NCBI RefSeq assembly: GCF_964194025.1 | Contig: NC_134468.1 | Location: forward strand, 71,982,001 to 72,046,000 | Length of the DNA: 64,000 bases | DNA from: Convolutriloba macropyga | Taxonomy: Eukaryota | Reading direction: 5' to 3' | In this document: in pieces, positions 61,501 to 64,000 of the stretch | Layout: each line of letters begins with the position of its first letter | Numbering within the stretch: position 1 is the first letter of the stretch | Notes under the pieces: generated by a model | The model's database searches: none | Told to the model about the DNA's origin: nothing | What the model saw: the letters and a program-made list of their open reading frames with translations, nothing else | Position numbers and translations under genes: made by a program

Positions 61501-64000
61501 TTGCACTTAGCGTCTTTTTGAAGTAAGTCTCTGAATCCTTGACATAATGTTGCTAAGTTAGGTATGACTTCGTCAGGTGGTAGACGCTTCCTAGGAAAGA
61601 TTTGAGTTGTTTGTGGGACGTTATGTTGAGAGTAGCCTGTGACTTAGAGACGATTGTTTTTACACTTTTTTGATCAATTTCATTACCGAGCCATTATATA
61701 TTGTTTTTTTTATATGTGACAATTATCTAAGTTTATTGCTAAAGTTTCGTGGCTTAGTCTGTCTAGCAGTTGAATAGTTTTTTCTTGTGTTGTTTTGACT
61801 ATTATAAGATCTTCTAGGAACTGAATATGTTCGATAGGTTGTACAATGTTTTGTCGATGGTTTTTTGGAACTGTGGCGGCATTTCTTTTAGTCCGTAGAA
61901 TCCGGTGTTAAATCGGTACCTTCCGGTAGCTTGTCCACCTAATATAATTAAATTGCACTGTTTTGATTTATTTCATCTAATGGTAGCTGGCTATACGGAT
62001 AGCGAAGTTCTAGTATTGAAAAAAGGACTTCCCATTCGTCAGACCATTGAGGGATTGTGTGTGCTATGCTGTCCATTAGGCAGACAAATTTATACATTTA
62101 GTATTTGTTCTTATGATTCGCTTTATAGATTTTTCTGGAGTCCATTGCCATTTTAATCGATTTGTCTTTTTTCTCTAAGATGACTATAGGAGAAATGAAA
62201 AATTCTTCGCTACATTTTTTAGTTTCGTTATGTGTCCGTTGTTTTGTAAGTTTCTAGGCTCCTCTTCTACTTGCGTTTCTAGATGTTTTAGCACTTGTCG
62301 TTCCTTTTTAATGGGCAGGTGTAAACTTTGCCTTAAAAAGTGATTTGACCTCATTGTTTGTTGATCGTTCTGGTCAAGTGGAAAGATGTTTGTGTTTAAT
62401 TGCTACTGCCTTTTTGATCGGAAAATTTGGGGCTGTGTCGATTGAGTTAATGTTCTTACTTTCTGGGCTTGGTGGGTTTGAAGTGGATGCCCAGGGGTTT
62501 GAACAGGTCTCTCCCCCTTTTGCACGATGCCTTTCGTCCCTCTTTCAACCCGTTGCATTCAATATTGCAGTACAGCGTTCACAGATTCTTGTTTTGGGGC
62601 GTCAGTGTAGCTTTGTAGCTATACGGAATTTTTCTATTTGTTATATTTCAACTATATGTTATATTTCAACATGTTTTTAGTCTCTTGCTTCTGTGTCCTT
62701 TGCCATTTGTTCGTTTACTAAGCTTATTGAGCTGCTTGAATCTACCGTGACCCAAAATTTACTGTGCCCGTGCTGTATATGCAGTTTGGATGGTTTTGTT
62801 GGGTCGTACTCGGTATCCATCACATTTACAGAGTAGTTGTCTGCGGAGTCCTCATACTTCGAACGAACTTCCGGATCTAAGGAAATCATGTTGAATCCTT
62901 GCCACGATTGTTCAATGCCTTGCTCACTGACATCATTCATGTACTTCTGGGATTGCCGTCGTTTGAGGTTTCATTTGCACAACATTGCGTAGTGGTTTAG
63001 CTTGTTGCATCTTTGACACGTTTAACCTATCGCTAGGCATTTGGCCGTGTGGTTCATATACCATGTCTGTCCTCATTTTCTGCAGTTGTGAGTGGGCGTC
63101 CTGTTGTTGTTGTTCACCAGTCTCTCGCTTTCCCTGGCTAGTCCACGAGATGCTGTTGTTTTCTGCTTGAGCCGCGATAGCTGGAACTTGAGATTTCCAT
63201 AACAGCATCCTCTTGGCCGATGAAAGTTGTGGTTGACGAATCTGTGGGTTGTCTTGGTTTTATTGCCAGTTTGCTTCTAATGTTTAATTTGATGCCCACA
63301 GCTATCTCAAGAGCTTTTTCTGGTGTAAGCGTTTTCTGGAAAGGCTCCTTTTGTATATCTTGGTCTATCATATTGGCGGTGAATATATCCCCGAGAAGCT
63401 CGTCTTCGAAATGCTAACTGGCAGTATTTGCTAGGTACATCAATGCTAAATAGAACGGTTCTATTGTTCTCCGCTATCAAACGTGACATTTCTAGGGCGG
63501 TTGAACGCCTGCTCAAGCAACAAGTACGTCCTATATCCCGAAAGTAGACTTGATCTCTGGGTTTGTATGAGAAAATTTTCTTGAACGCTATTTTCGTCCT
63601 TCGATTGCGAGGTTGAGATATATAAGTGATTTTGTTCTTCTATCTGCCATGTCCCATTGCTTATGGGCGCACAAGACTCCTACTCTGTCAGTATGATTGC
63701 ACCTGTTTTTCCATTTGGCTATTGCCTGGTGATACCTCGGAAGTTGTTCGTTTTCCAATGTTTGTGTCGGGTTTTGTATTGGCTGTTCCTCTACGGGTTT
63801 CGGGGATAATGTACTGTTTTCGGGCTCTTTTGGAGAAATTCTTCTAATTAAATGTTTCTCATCGACGAGGGCCATCTTGAGCTGGCTCCTTCACTTTTAC
63901 CATGAAATTGATGCGTTACTGCTGGGCTTATCCCATATGGGTTCAATTCATAGTTCTGTGAGTCCATTCGAATCTGACTGCGCCATGTTGTACTCGAGAG
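58532..64000 (-). mobile_element. Degenerate Ty3/Gypsy LTR retrotransposon internal region (gag-PR-RT-RH-IN), running off the window edge
   Basis: Putative gag ATG at 63986. Cys/His knuckle remnants at ~63090-62980, protease VTVDSSSSISLV at ~62740, RT remnants YRFNTGFYGL..MPPQFQK at ~61900, RNase H ELIGAVWALKHFKHYL..H.AL at 61007-61339, and integrase remnants at ~60000-60600. The domain order is Gypsy-type. Many stops and frameshifts. Confidence 0.9.

Overview
AT-rich eukaryotic (probably invertebrate animal) genomic DNA with spliceosomal introns; the species cannot be determined from sequence alone. All host genes are on the minus strand: two intronless DRAM/Frag1-family paralogs (32-829, 16929-17699), a multi-exon, unusually remodelled KHDRBS/Sam68-like STAR protein gene (48127 down to at least 36677), HADH (50260-48670) and a disrupted B-box/coiled-coil/MATH gene (51445-50397). 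The last three are packed in an operon-like row. The rest is mostly repeats: a ~0.93 kb x5 tandem array, at least four nested non-autonomous Helentron-like (HINE/DINE-type) families, a tRNA-derived SINE head and LINE fragments. From ~51.85 kb onward is a retroelement nest, in which a Gypsy 3' LTR appears split by a young CR1/L2-type LINE and a complete Penelope-like element. That element is the most striking object. It has pseudo-LTRs, a 12-bp TSD, two hammerhead ribozymes whose helix-III palindromes differ, a possible extra upstream ORF, and a PHD zinc finger inserted inside its reverse-transcriptase palm between motif B' and YVDD. All coordinates and alignments were worked out by eye.
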